From a virus, in the IMG/VR virus record IMGVR_UViG_3300028610_001991: a stretch of 64,000 bases of DNA; one strand, given 5' to 3'. Of the stretch, positions 17,848 through 26,418 are shown one piece after another. How positions within the stretch are numbered: the stretch's first letter is position 1; each line of letters opens with the position of its first letter. Under the pieces are notes generated by a model. That model ran no database searches, had not been told where the DNA came from, and worked only from the letters and a program-made list of their open reading frames with translations. The position numbers and the translations under genes are program-made.

Positions 17848-18555
17848 TTATGCTCCTTTGTTTTTGTTATACCATTTAATAAACTCAACCACTGCTTTGT
17901 AAACTGCTTTTTGTGTACTTTCACCATGTTCCATTACAATAGTTTTATTTGAGCGCAATTTAAGTATATCGCAATGACATTTGGTTATTCTAACCATATA
18001 ATCACGCATATCTTGTATCTTCTCTGCTACAGGCATTAACCAACCCCATGAAGTATCATAATCATCATGCCTAAAATCCGTGTATTCCACACCCATAAAC
18101 TCTGCTATAAGTTTATTATCTTTGTTCATATTAGCTACTGTTTGTTTATACCACTTAATAAACGTAACTACGGTTTCAAAAGTAGCTTGTAGCTTATTTG
18201 TACTTTGACACCATATCCACTTTTTTAATATGACTTCTTTTGTTCCACCATCATCTAAGTCCTCATCATAAAAAGTATCTACTCCACATCCATTTTTTCT
18301 TATATTTACAACAAAAGAAGTATACTCATTTATTTTTAATGTTTCTATCTTCTCAACTACCGGCATTAACCAATCCCATGAAGAGTGGTAGCTTGTTGAT
18401 TTACAAAAATCTTGTATAACCTTTTCAGGAGTAGAGCCTGTAACTGATAACCAGGGCTGTTTTGACAGGCTATAACAATCGGGATTTACTAATGTGGGTT
18501 TCAAACCCATAAACTCTACTATTAATTTGTATTCAGCTGTATTCATACTATCCAC
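17848..18555 (-). CDS. protein with two tandem copies of an LIxEFMG/SWDWLMPVxEKI domain
   Basis: Internal duplication visible in protein and DNA. Confidence 0.8.
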   Translation of the reverse strand: MDSMNTAEYKLIVEFMGLKPTLVNPDCYSLSKQPWLSVTGSTPEKVIQDFCKSTSYHSSWDWLMPVVEKIETLKINEYTSFVVNIRKNGCGVDTFYDEDLDDGGTKEVILKKWIWCQSTNKLQATFETVVTFIKWYKQTVANMNKDNKLIAEFMGVEYTDFRHDDYDTSWGWLMPVAEKIQDMRDYMVRITKCHCDILKLRSNKTIVMEHGESTQKAVYKAVVEFIKWYNKNKGA

Positions 18556-19162
18556 TTACAGCCTCCTTTAGTTTTATATACTCATTGGCATATATACTCT
18601 CTATTACTTTGTCGTAAAAATAGTCTTCATCAAGATATTCTGTATCGCAGTAGAATTGTAAAATAGCGCCCAAGTGATGAGTACCTAAATTACTATAATT
18701 CTCTGTTTTATTTTTCCAATCTAAAGGTGAGTTAGAATAACCAGGTATAAACCCGTCACAACCAGTATAGTGTGACACAAGATAGTTCAACCACTCATCT
18801 TTGTGTTTTTTCAGATAATTAATAATCCATTTCTGTAGAGAAGTTTTACTGTGTACGTGTATCTCAATATCTATTGCGTCATTTCTGAAATTATATTCTT
18901 TCGGAGAAATAACCTGCTGCATAACAATCTTTTTAATTGCAGGTATCCCTTCACTTAGAGTAGCTGATAAAATATCAACAAACCTTGTGCACACATCTTT
19001 TTCGTATGCTCTATAGTCTATATCCAGGTCATCATAAGTATATTCTTTTCCTTTTGGCGCATTTTCATTTAAGTATTGAAGTTCATCTTCATCACCATTA
19101 AATTCCCAGATAGTATTATAAAATCCACTGAATACCGGAGCCCATGTTTCTATTTTATTCAT
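18548..19162 (-). CDS. conserved phage protein (acidic)
   Basis: PVFSGFYNTIW, SPKEYNF..D.I, Y..CDGFI.GYSN motifs. Confidence 0.8.
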   Translation of the reverse strand: MNKIETWAPVFSGFYNTIWEFNGDEDELQYLNENAPKGKEYTYDDLDIDYRAYEKDVCTRFVDILSATLSEGIPAIKKIVMQQVISPKEYNFRNDAIDIEIHVHSKTSLQKWIINYLKKHKDEWLNYLVSHYTGCDGFIPGYSNSPLDWKNKTENYSNLGTHHLGAILQFYCDTEYLDEDYFYDKVIESIYANEYIKLKEAVSG

Positions 19163-19165
19163 TTC

Positions 19166-19504
19166 TTAGTCCCTCCCTTTTAATCGTTTTATATTAAATC
19201 GTTTATACTCCTCAACAGAGTATTTATCTTTAGCTTTTCGTATTGCACCTTTCCGAGTATATGCTTTTATGAACTGACAGGAACAGCTGTCACCATAAAA
19301 GAAAGTCCATTCACGTCTATATACCCAGAGAGGCAGTACACGAAATAATCCCTGACCGTTAATAAAATGTTCATGTGTATAATCATAATTACAGTACACG
19401 TATAACCAGCCTTGCTCAATAGTAATTCTACCTCTGTGCAGTTTTAATTGGTCGATTAATATATAATGCAGAGCAATAACACACAGTAGTATAGTGATAA
19501 TCAT
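19166..19504 (-). CDS. hypothetical protein
   Basis: N-terminal hydrophobic segment. Confidence 0.55.
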   Translation of the reverse strand: MIITILLCVIALHYILIDQLKLHRGRITIEQGWLYVYCNYDYTHEHFINGQGLFRVLPLWVYRREWTFFYGDSCSCQFIKAYTRKGAIRKAKDKYSVEEYKRFNIKRLKGRD

Positions 19505-19716
19505 TTGTTCACTCGCTTCTCAAATTGTTCTTGATTTTCAACATACCAAATACCTTTTAATCTTTTACAGATTTTACCAACATCTTGTTTTAATACACGC
19601 CCTAATGGTTCAAATAGGTATTCAGTATGTGTATGCCGACAATGCTCACATTCAACTTTTATTGGAAAATTATCCCTACGCCCAACATCTTGTTGTTTAA
19701 TTATATATCGATTCAT
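19501..19716 (-). CDS. hypothetical protein
   Basis: CxxC; coupled. Confidence 0.65.
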   Translation of the reverse strand: MNRYIIKQQDVGRRDNFPIKVECEHCRHTHTEYLFEPLGRVLKQDVGKICKRLKGIWYVENQEQFEKRVNK

Positions 19717-19892
19717 TTACATATCCTCATTATATCAACAAACATTATACCAACAAGCATTATATCACCGTTCCATTTTATATTATCTGGATTATCCTCG
19801 TAATATATTCTGCCCCACTGCTCCTGTATGTAATTATAATCACCTTGAAAGATAATTCCATTCTTATCGATTATTGCATATTGGCCTTTCAT
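19713..19892 (-). CDS. hypothetical protein
   Basis: AGGAG RBS before MKGQY. Confidence 0.55.
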   Translation of the reverse strand: MKGQYAIIDKNGIIFQGDYNYIQEQWGRIYYEDNPDNIKWNGDIMLVGIMFVDIMRICK

Positions 19893-20263
19893 ACAATTTG
19901 CTCCTTGTTGTGTAATACCGAACATTCCTTTTTAGAAGGAATACCTTTCTTTTTACCCTCCAGAATATCGCATATCAGCCTATATGTATCTGTTGTTTGC
20001 TGATAATAGGTTTTTTCATCATCCCTACAGTTACCATCATGGATTTCCCGTGCATTCCAGTCTCTTTCATCAAGTATCTTCTGCTTTAATGAAACACAAC
20101 TATAATACCCTATAAATCCTTGTCTGCTGTAATGAGCAATAAACCCAGATTTAATATGCAGCCAGTCATAAGCTACCTCTGTTAATAGCTCAATATCAGT
20201 ACAGGCCAATACAATACTTCGTACAATCTTATTAATAATAAATTGTGGTTCTGGTTCTAACAT
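19889..20263 (-). CDS. hypothetical protein
   Basis: GGGAGG RBS. Confidence 0.65.
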   Translation of the reverse strand: MLEPEPQFIINKIVRSIVLACTDIELLTEVAYDWLHIKSGFIAHYSRQGFIGYYSCVSLKQKILDERDWNAREIHDGNCRDDEKTYYQQTTDTYRLICDILEGKKKGIPSKKECSVLHNKEQIV

Positions 20264-20305
20264 TATCCTCCCGATCAGTCTTTAAAATTTTATAGCATAT
20301 CATAC

Positions 20306-20551
20306 TTATTTCGCAGGTAAAAACTTAACTTCTCTACCGTTAATATGTGTACCCTCAAGATGGCCACTTACAAGCACATGACTGCCCGTCTTTAAATAAC
20401 GAATACAGTTTTCTGCCAGTTGATTTGTTACACGAACATTAATGGTCTTGTTTTCCTTATTCCGGACATCAATTGTAAAAAAGCTGTATTCACCTTCGTT
20501 AGTTACATCACTTGCTAAATGCCCTTCAATAACTACAAGATTTAAGTTCAT
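20306..20551 (-). CDS. ssb: single-stranded DNA-binding protein (minimal OB fold, no acidic tail)
   Basis: N.VVIEGHL..D, F.I.V, LAENC..YL.TGS.V.VSG.L, V.FL. Confidence 0.8.
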   Translation of the reverse strand: MNLNLVVIEGHLASDVTNEGEYSFFTIDVRNKENKTINVRVTNQLAENCIRYLKTGSHVLVSGHLEGTHINGREVKFLPAK

Positions 20552-20784
20552 ACTATGCTCCTTGTTTTTTTATTCCACCATTCATCATTTGCAAACGGTA
20601 AATCCAGCCATGTTTTATTATCAACATTACTTATGAATAACGAGGTATTGGTATAGAACGGATAATTATCTTTTAACCACTGTTCAACTCTCGGTGTATA
20701 GCGGACATACAAATCCGATGCATGAGTATCAAAGTCCTGCTCATTTACATCAGTATGTTTTATCAATTCGGCTTTTAAATCCAC
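20548..20784 (-). CDS. hypothetical protein
   Basis: DTHASDLYV..T, LDLPFA.D.WW motifs. Confidence 0.7.
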   Translation of the reverse strand: MDLKAELIKHTDVNEQDFDTHASDLYVRYTPRVEQWLKDNYPFYTNTSLFISNVDNKTWLDLPFANDEWWNKKTRSIV

Positions 20785-20966
20785 TGTACCCTCCTTTTCG
20801 CATTTAAGTATTTTACAGTAGCCTGTTTAAAAGTAAGTCCTTTATCCATGTAATACTTAGTCCGAACCAATTGAAAGAAATCCAACCGTGCAGTCAGGCA
20901 AGCGTATTTAAACTGCTTTAAAGTTAATCTATTATTAAACGAAACTGTTCCGAATATTATCATCAA
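20775..20966 (-). CDS. hypothetical protein
   Basis: GGAGG RBS. Confidence 0.55.
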   Translation of the reverse strand: MMIIFGTVSFNNRLTLKQFKYACLTARLDFFQLVRTKYYMDKGLTFKQATVKYLNAKRRVQWI

Positions 20967-20997
20967 TCCCTCCGCAGTTCATTATAATTACCCACTT

Positions 20998-21204
20998 TCA
21001 TACACCCTCCAGGTTAGCCTTTAAAATTTCAATAATCCCCTTTACACCTCCACTAATACCGGACACATTCCCATTAATATGGGTCACGTTATGAACCTCA
21101 TTCAAGCAATCTGAGCATGGCAAGTCTTTATGTTTACAGTATAGGTGTGTTGGTTGTAATAATGTTAGCTGTCTTTTAATTCTCTCATCCATTTTATTTT
21201 TCAT
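20998..21204 (-). CDS. hypothetical protein
   Basis: GGAG RBS; Cys/His cluster. Confidence 0.6.
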   Translation of the reverse strand: MKNKMDERIKRQLTLLQPTHLYCKHKDLPCSDCLNEVHNVTHINGNVSGISGGVKGIIEILKANLEGV

Positions 21205-21281
21205 ACACTCTCCAGATTAGCATCTTATAGTTTATATCTATTTATCTAATAGAAGTCCATTAGACCACTATTACATAAATA

Positions 21282-21320
21282 GAAAGGGAGAGAAAGGATA
21301 AACTCTCCCCCTCCCTTTTA
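21282..21320 (-). terminator. intrinsic terminator
   Basis: Minus strand AAAAGGGAG...CTCCCTTTCTATTT after gene 21345-21599. Confidence 0.65.
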
Positions 21321-21344
21321 TCACTTAAGACTTAGTATCTAGTA

Positions 21345-21599
21345 CTATGCAGATACAGTCAGGACTTCGTTCTCTCCAAGTTTATCTATTTGTGTATCAT
21401 AGTTACCATCAGAGAACTCTTTTAGTACATCAGCATACCTAAGTATAGCTGCAATTTTAGCTTTACCTAAACTGAACCCACCTTTAGTAAAATTACCAGA
21501 GATACGTACTACAGGTGTACCGTTCATAGAATAGAACTTCTCTAATTTAGGCTCTATTATAGCAGGCTTACTTGACGTGGTTGTTTTAACAAGTTTCAT
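21345..21599 (-). CDS. small hypothetical protein (own promoter motif and terminator)
   Basis: AAGGAG RBS; FSLGKAKIAAIL motif. Confidence 0.75.
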   Translation of the reverse strand: MKLVKTTTSSKPAIIEPKLEKFYSMNGTPVVRISGNFTKGGFSLGKAKIAAILRYADVLKEFSDGNYDTQIDKLGENEVLTVSA

Positions 21600-21723
21600 G
21601 TTATGCTCCTTTTAAAAATGTATATGTTAATTATGATGAAAACATAGCGTCACCATAATAATAACCAAAGTCGTAATTGCTTACAAACAACTGAAGTATT
21701 GTTGTAATAATTGCTGCACTTTA

Positions 21724-21756
21724 TGTACTAAAGCTGACTTCCGCCAGCAAGTCTCA
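21724..21756 (-). promoter_or_regulatory. conserved 33-bp motif, copy 3
   Basis: TGAGACTTGCTGGCGGAAGTCAGCTTTAGTACA on minus strand. Confidence 0.7.
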
Positions 21757-22036
21757 AACCAAAGTTGACCATTGTTATCAACAACTTATGAACACTACTG
21801 GTACACTACCCCCATAGAAAAAGAGAGTAAAGTACAGTAAGTATATACATATAAAGAATAATTATAACATAATAACAGTAATATACACAGAGAGAGGAGG
21901 GAGGGGTACACATAAAGCCTACACTGATTTAGTATACTATACCTTAGTATAACCTATATCCATCCATACAGTTTATTAATATCTCCGGTATACCCATAAC
22001 CATCTATATTCTTATTAACATCTTATAAAAACATCC

Positions 22037-22187
22037 ATAGACAGCTTATAGACAACATGTGACTGTCTATAGATCAGCCTATAGACAGCTTATAGGCAGC
22101 TTATAAATAACCATAGATCAGCCTATAGACAGCTTATAAATAACCATAGATAGCTTATAGACAGCTTATAGACAACATACGACTGTC
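22037..22187. repeat. array of ~12 phased 10-12 bp direct repeats (consensus ATAGACAGCTT)
   Basis: Units start at 22037, 22048, 22069, 22081, 22092, 22103, 22113, 22125, 22136, 22146, 22157, 22168. Confidence 0.9.
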
Positions 22188-22435
22188 AACGCTAAGGGAA
22201 AAGCCGGTCAGCCGCCCCCACACCCCTGTCCTTCTGATCCCGCTATACCCTTACACTTTTTTTAGTGTTCAGCTGTAGATTAACCAATAGCTCAACCATA
22301 GTTCAGCCTACACCCTCCCTACCTTAGCATAAAAGGTAGAGAGGGAGATAAGCTTAGAGGAGGGAAGTATATTAACCGTTACTGTTATACTAACAGTAAG
22401 GTCATCTGTTATATAGTATATGTATTTTACCTGCG

Positions 22436-22680
22436 CTTTATGTACTATAGCTGACTTCCGCCGGTTTGTCTCAAACTGTAGCTCTACCGGCTATCAGCAG
22501 AAAATGATTCAACACGTCATTCTGCCGACTATCGGCAGTTTGCTGTGACACGTCATTTAGCCGCACTTTATGTACTATAGCTGACTTCCGCCGGTTTGTC
22601 TCATCCTTACGTCAATAACGTAAGGATGATTCAACACGTCATTCTGCCGACTATCGGCAGAATGATATGACACGTCATTA
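22436..22680 (-). repeat. tandem pair of ~130-bp modules (33-bp motif copies 4 and 5 plus hairpins)
   Basis: Motif at 22441-22473 and 22571-22603; shared TCATTCTGCCGACTATCGGCAG and ACACGTCAT elements. Confidence 0.9.
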
Positions 22681-22821
22681 TGGTCACTTCTAACATAAGC
22701 GTAAATAGAGTAAAACACACCTATTTATCCTGTATTTTGCTCTATTTATGCTTATAAGATGCTATTTAGCATACACTTAGCTACTATACTCTAATAATAA
22801 CAGCTTTAAGTCTATACTACG

Positions 22822-22998
22822 TTATAGAAAGATATCTATCTCTCTAATATCGTCCAGTATAATAGTATGTTTGTACCGTGGATGTATATAGCCTTTTTTC
22901 TTGTAATACCTCTTAAGTATCATTAACCTATCGGCCTGGATTATACCAATAGTCTCTTTACCCTTATTCTTAACCTCTATTATTTTGGTTAAAACCAT
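22822..22998 (-). CDS. 58-aa basic protein between the two module pairs
   Basis: AGGAGG RBS before MVLTKIIEVK. Confidence 0.65.
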   Translation of the reverse strand: MVLTKIIEVKNKGKETIGIIQADRLMILKRYYKKKGYIHPRYKHTIILDDIREIDIFL

Positions 22999-23040
22999 TA
23001 TACCTCCTGTTGTATTATCAGCAGTTATGATAAATAACCG

Positions 23041-23222
23041 CACTTTATGTACTATAGCTGACCTCCGCCAATTTGTCTCATCTTTACGTTAATAACGTAA
23101 TAATGCTATGGTACGTCATTCTGCCGACTATCGGCAGAATGATATGACACGTCATTTAGCCGCACTTTATGTACTATAGCTGACCTCCGCCAATTTGTCT
23201 CAAACTGTAGTTCTGCCGATAA
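23041..23222 (-). repeat. second tandem pair of modules (33-bp motif copies 6 and 7)
   Basis: Motif at 23048-23080 and 23170-23202; same hairpin TCATTCTGCCGA-CTA-TCGGCAGAATGA. Confidence 0.9.
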
Positions 23223-23440
23223 GTATATATAGTCATATCTTCATTTTGTATCGGTAATAATAGTTCGGTAATAACCTTATAGCCTTATAGTGCTATTATA
23301 CGAAAACGCCCCGTCTTCTTGCGTCCTACGTCCAGACCTCTCCCAGGTTGAGAAGGCTTTGATATATGTCAATAGTACGGCAACTATAAGATGTCAGATT
23401 CTATTTAAGACCTATGCGGATAACCGATAACTACTTTATA

Positions 23441-23902
23441 CTATGATAGATGAGCCAATAACTTATATTTTGCTTTAAAGTTTAATATAGTAGACCCGGG
23501 ATGTACATGCTTTTCTCTAAGTTCTGCTACCTGCTTACCAATCTTACCATATCCGAATACAATATCCCTTCTAAGCTTTTCTAGTTTTCTCGGACTAACA
23601 CCCTTTTCCTCTTGTCTGAGTAGATATCTCTCTTTATCTCTTTCTGTTTTTGCCCATATTATTTCTCTATACACTGTAGATAAAAGTGTTTTTAGTTTAG
23701 TCCCCCTGTGTGTTACATAACCCACAGGTTTAATATACACCCTTTTTATCCGTATCTTTTCCTGTTCCTTCTTTTCCTCAACTCGTGCTAGTCTGTCTGA
23801 TTCAATTAACCTTTGTGCATTCAGTACATTAATAGTCTCAATTGCTTTTTCTCTTGTACCTGCTGTTGCAAGTAACCTTACTAATGTTTCTCTAAAACTC
23901 AT
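23441..23902 (-). CDS. basic hypothetical protein
   Basis: GGAGG RBS; K/R-rich. Confidence 0.75.
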   Translation of the reverse strand: MSFRETLVRLLATAGTREKAIETINVLNAQRLIESDRLARVEEKKEQEKIRIKRVYIKPVGYVTHRGTKLKTLLSTVYREIIWAKTERDKERYLLRQEEKGVSPRKLEKLRRDIVFGYGKIGKQVAELREKHVHPGSTILNFKAKYKLLAHLS

Positions 23903-23922
23903 ACTTCCCTCCTGTTATTAAA

Positions 23923-24348
23923 TTATAAAATACCACCCTTTTTAAATGAATAATAGTTTTCCTCATTTACAGTTACAATTAAATGGTCTAAGAAGTTAAG
24001 CCCTATGTACTTTGCAGCCTTATTAACGTTCCTGGTAAAAGTTATATCCTCCTGTGATGGTGAAGCATCGTCAGACGGATGATTGTGGATTATCACGAAG
24101 TTACGAGCATTAACTTTTAGTAGAGGTATAAATATATCTGCAGGAGTACACGCTATTGTGTTATAGCCTCCAATAGCGATATCCTTCTTTATAATCACTT
24201 TATTCTTGATATTCATACCTATAACTACCATCTTCTCATTATACTCAAACTCACCCTTTACAAACTCCCTGACTGACTCCGGTGTCTTGATAAATGTGTC
24301 AAAGTTGTCGCTGCACTGCAAATAAAAGTATTTAACTTTAAATTCCAT
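23923..24348 (-). CDS. radC: RadC-like JAB/MPN domain protein
   Basis: E at start of domain, IIHNHPSDD.SPSQED, LDHLIV. Confidence 0.88.
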   Translation of the reverse strand: MEFKVKYFYLQCSDNFDTFIKTPESVREFVKGEFEYNEKMVVIGMNIKNKVIIKKDIAIGGYNTIACTPADIFIPLLKVNARNFVIIHNHPSDDASPSQEDITFTRNVNKAAKYIGLNFLDHLIVTVNEENYYSFKKGGIL

Positions 24349-24360
24349 GCTTCCTCCTTT

Positions 24361-24525
24361 TTAAATATTTACACCTACTGATCGTGCCCAAAGATATAAG
24401 CTCTCAGCATTATAAACCCACTGCCTAAGTTCTTCTTTATCAAATCTAGTAGCATTAGGGCATTTCTCACGGATATGAGCTTTTATTTCCTCTTTATTCT
24501 GTTTAATAAACTCAGTTAGACTCAT
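24361..24525 (-). CDS. 54-aa phage protein (not in ORF track)
   Basis: AGGAGG RBS; MSLTEFIKQNKEEI...LYLWARSVGVNI. Confidence 0.65.
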   Translation of the reverse strand: MSLTEFIKQNKEEIKAHIREKCPNATRFDKEELRQWVYNAESLYLWARSVGVNI

Positions 24526-24656
24526 ATTTCCTCCTTTTATATTTCTTTTTAATATGATACTTAGTTAAATGGGATGGATGCCCAAAATACCTTGGTAAAC
24601 CTGCGTGTAATGTCTGTTTTCTATGTTTACGAGCTAATTTAGATGCTTGCTGCTTT

Positions 24657-24908
24657 TTACCCGTGTATCACCTCCTCCTTTGTGTAATAGACTTGAACTG
24701 CTTCACATGACTTACTAAGCTTAATGAGTATGCCCCCGTTAATGTGGAGGCATAGGTCTGGACCGAATATCAATGTTGTATCTTGCCAAGGTGTTTTAGG
24801 TTTCATAAACTCACCTAGAGGATATACCTTTCTGTAGTAAAGGAAGAAAGGATTACCTGCAGCATCGTATTGCACTTCTCTCCAATGATAATTAGATTTT
24901 AATAGCAT
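24657..24908 (-). CDS. hypothetical protein
   Basis: Co-directional ORF. Confidence 0.65.
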   Translation of the reverse strand: MLLKSNYHWREVQYDAAGNPFFLYYRKVYPLGEFMKPKTPWQDTTLIFGPDLCLHINGGILIKLSKSCEAVQVYYTKEEVIHG

Positions 24909-25093
24909 AACTTACCTAATGCCGGTTCAGGGGCATTTTCAATAAAATCATTAATTATCCCTGTGTCTATATACTCCTTTTCAAAGTATTCTGCTTTTTT
25001 CTTAGAAAGTTTACCTTCGATAAAATTTAAATACATTTCCTTAATGCCTTCACTAATTAAAGTATTATACTGATCTTTCTCTTTATTAAGCAT
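24899..25093 (-). CDS. hypothetical protein
   Basis: AGGAGG RBS. Confidence 0.65.
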   Translation of the reverse strand: MLNKEKDQYNTLISEGIKEMYLNFIEGKLSKKKAEYFEKEYIDTGIINDFIENAPEPALGKLCY

Positions 25094-25105
25094 AATTACC
25101 TCCTT

Positions 25106-25285
25106 TTATGCTACGCCTATGTCTTCAAGAAACTGATCCATTATACATTCTTCTACTTCTTCTGCGCCGGGACAACACTTAATTTTGCATATTTGTTTAT
25201 TATATTCTGAGCAGTACCACAGCTTAATGACATTTACTAACTCTAGTTCTAAACAATTACAACCCTTACATTCTTCTACTCTCAT
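25106..25285 (-). CDS. 59-aa Cys-rich protein (not in ORF track)
   Basis: ATGA-coupled, MRVEECKGCNC... Confidence 0.55.
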   Translation of the reverse strand: MRVEECKGCNCLELELVNVIKLWYCSEYNKQICKIKCCPGAEEVEECIMDQFLEDIGVA

Positions 25286-25614
25286 GCATGCCCTCCTGAT
25301 TTTACCTTATCTATTACTTCCTGTAATGTGTAATCATCGAAGTACATATCTCTTTCTACTGATAACCCGAATTGTGGAAACTTTAAAGCCTCAAGCTCAT
25401 CTTGACTTACTGATCCACATTCAGCCATCTGTGGATCTCCAAGATTTACAAATGCCTGGTAGATTCTATCTTTAGGATCATACTCATAGCAGTACCAGCT
25501 GCATGCACCACCGCCAAAGAACTTGACTATAATCTTGATGTCTTTAGCTTGTTTCTGCGAAGTGTCACCTTGCTTCTTAAAACCTTCTAATACTTCTTTA
25601 GTTAGTAATTTCAT
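25282..25614 (-). CDS. DUF2958-family protein
   Basis: LLTKE, VKFF.GG.CSWY..E.D, E.GSVS.DELE, FGL.VERD.YF. Confidence 0.8.
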   Translation of the reverse strand: MKLLTKEVLEGFKKQGDTSQKQAKDIKIIVKFFGGGACSWYCYEYDPKDRIYQAFVNLGDPQMAECGSVSQDELEALKFPQFGLSVERDMYFDDYTLQEVIDKVKSGGHA

Positions 25615-26117
25615 ATTTCGCTCCTTAATTGATATTTCTTACCACAATCACAATTAACTAAATAATTAGCGTCCGGTTCTACAGCCCTACTCCCTCCACA
25701 GTAGGGGCATTCTACATCTACTATACTATCTAACGTCATGGGTACACCAACTACAGGAACCTTATCTTTTATTTTAATAACTTCACTTCCTGCAGTAAGT
25801 TCTTTCTTAGCCTTTTCATCCCAATACTCAGGAACCTCACCTTCCAGTTTATACGCATAGTCTGTAGCTATCTCATCCTCAGAATCATACCTGGCACATA
25901 ACTCATAGTAAGTTCCAAAATCATGCGGAAAGCTTTTGACTACAAGCGTACATCCTGTAGGCGGTTCTCCGTGTACACGAACTAACTGATTCTTAAATAC
26001 CCAGCACTCCTTTCTCGCACGAGCTGCATACTGATTAGATCCAACATTTACACAATCTTCACCATAAGGAGAAGTCCCTATGTTTAAAATCTCCATATTG
26101 TAGTTTATACTATTCAT
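25611..26117 (-). CDS. conserved phage protein with C-terminal Zn ribbon
   Basis: IG.SP.GEDC..VG, PHDFGTYYE, W D motif; CPYC..CDC. Confidence 0.75.
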   Translation of the reverse strand: MNSINYNMEILNIGTSPYGEDCVNVGSNQYAARARKECWVFKNQLVRVHGEPPTGCTLVVKSFPHDFGTYYELCARYDSEDEIATDYAYKLEGEVPEYWDEKAKKELTAGSEVIKIKDKVPVVGVPMTLDSIVDVECPYCGGSRAVEPDANYLVNCDCGKKYQLRSEI

Positions 26118-26418
26118 GCATAATCTCCTTTTTTAATTTATTAAATAACTCCTTTCCTCCTTGCTTTGTAAATTGTACTAACTGAAACCAGCCAAAGTGG
26201 CCATATGTAGGGTAATGTTCTCTATACTCAGCAATTAATCCGCACCGGTTACAGCACCTAAAGTATTTCATGTGTCCTGTAAATGGTGTTTGACTATATA
26301 CCCACTTATGCCCGAATAACCTACACCTAAGTTTTACTATGCTTGTAAATACCATACCTTCCTCCTTTTTAACTCCAATCCAATAAACACTCAGCCTCAT
26401 ACACACATATCTTTTCAT
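26110..26418 (-). CDS. DUF1660-like small Zn-binding protein
   Basis: KLRCRLFGHKW...CNRCG; real start probably MVFTS. Confidence 0.55.
   Translation of the reverse strand: MKRYVCMRLSVYWIGVKKEEGMVFTSIVKLRCRLFGHKWVYSQTPFTGHMKYFRCCNRCGLIAEYREHYPTYGHFGWFQLVQFTKQGGKELFNKLKKEIMHE

Noticed and set aside
22436-23222. CRISPR array
   Set aside because: Units are ~130 bp with two conserved blocks. The variable parts recur as only two related types rather than unique spacers, spacing is irregular, and there are no cas genes.
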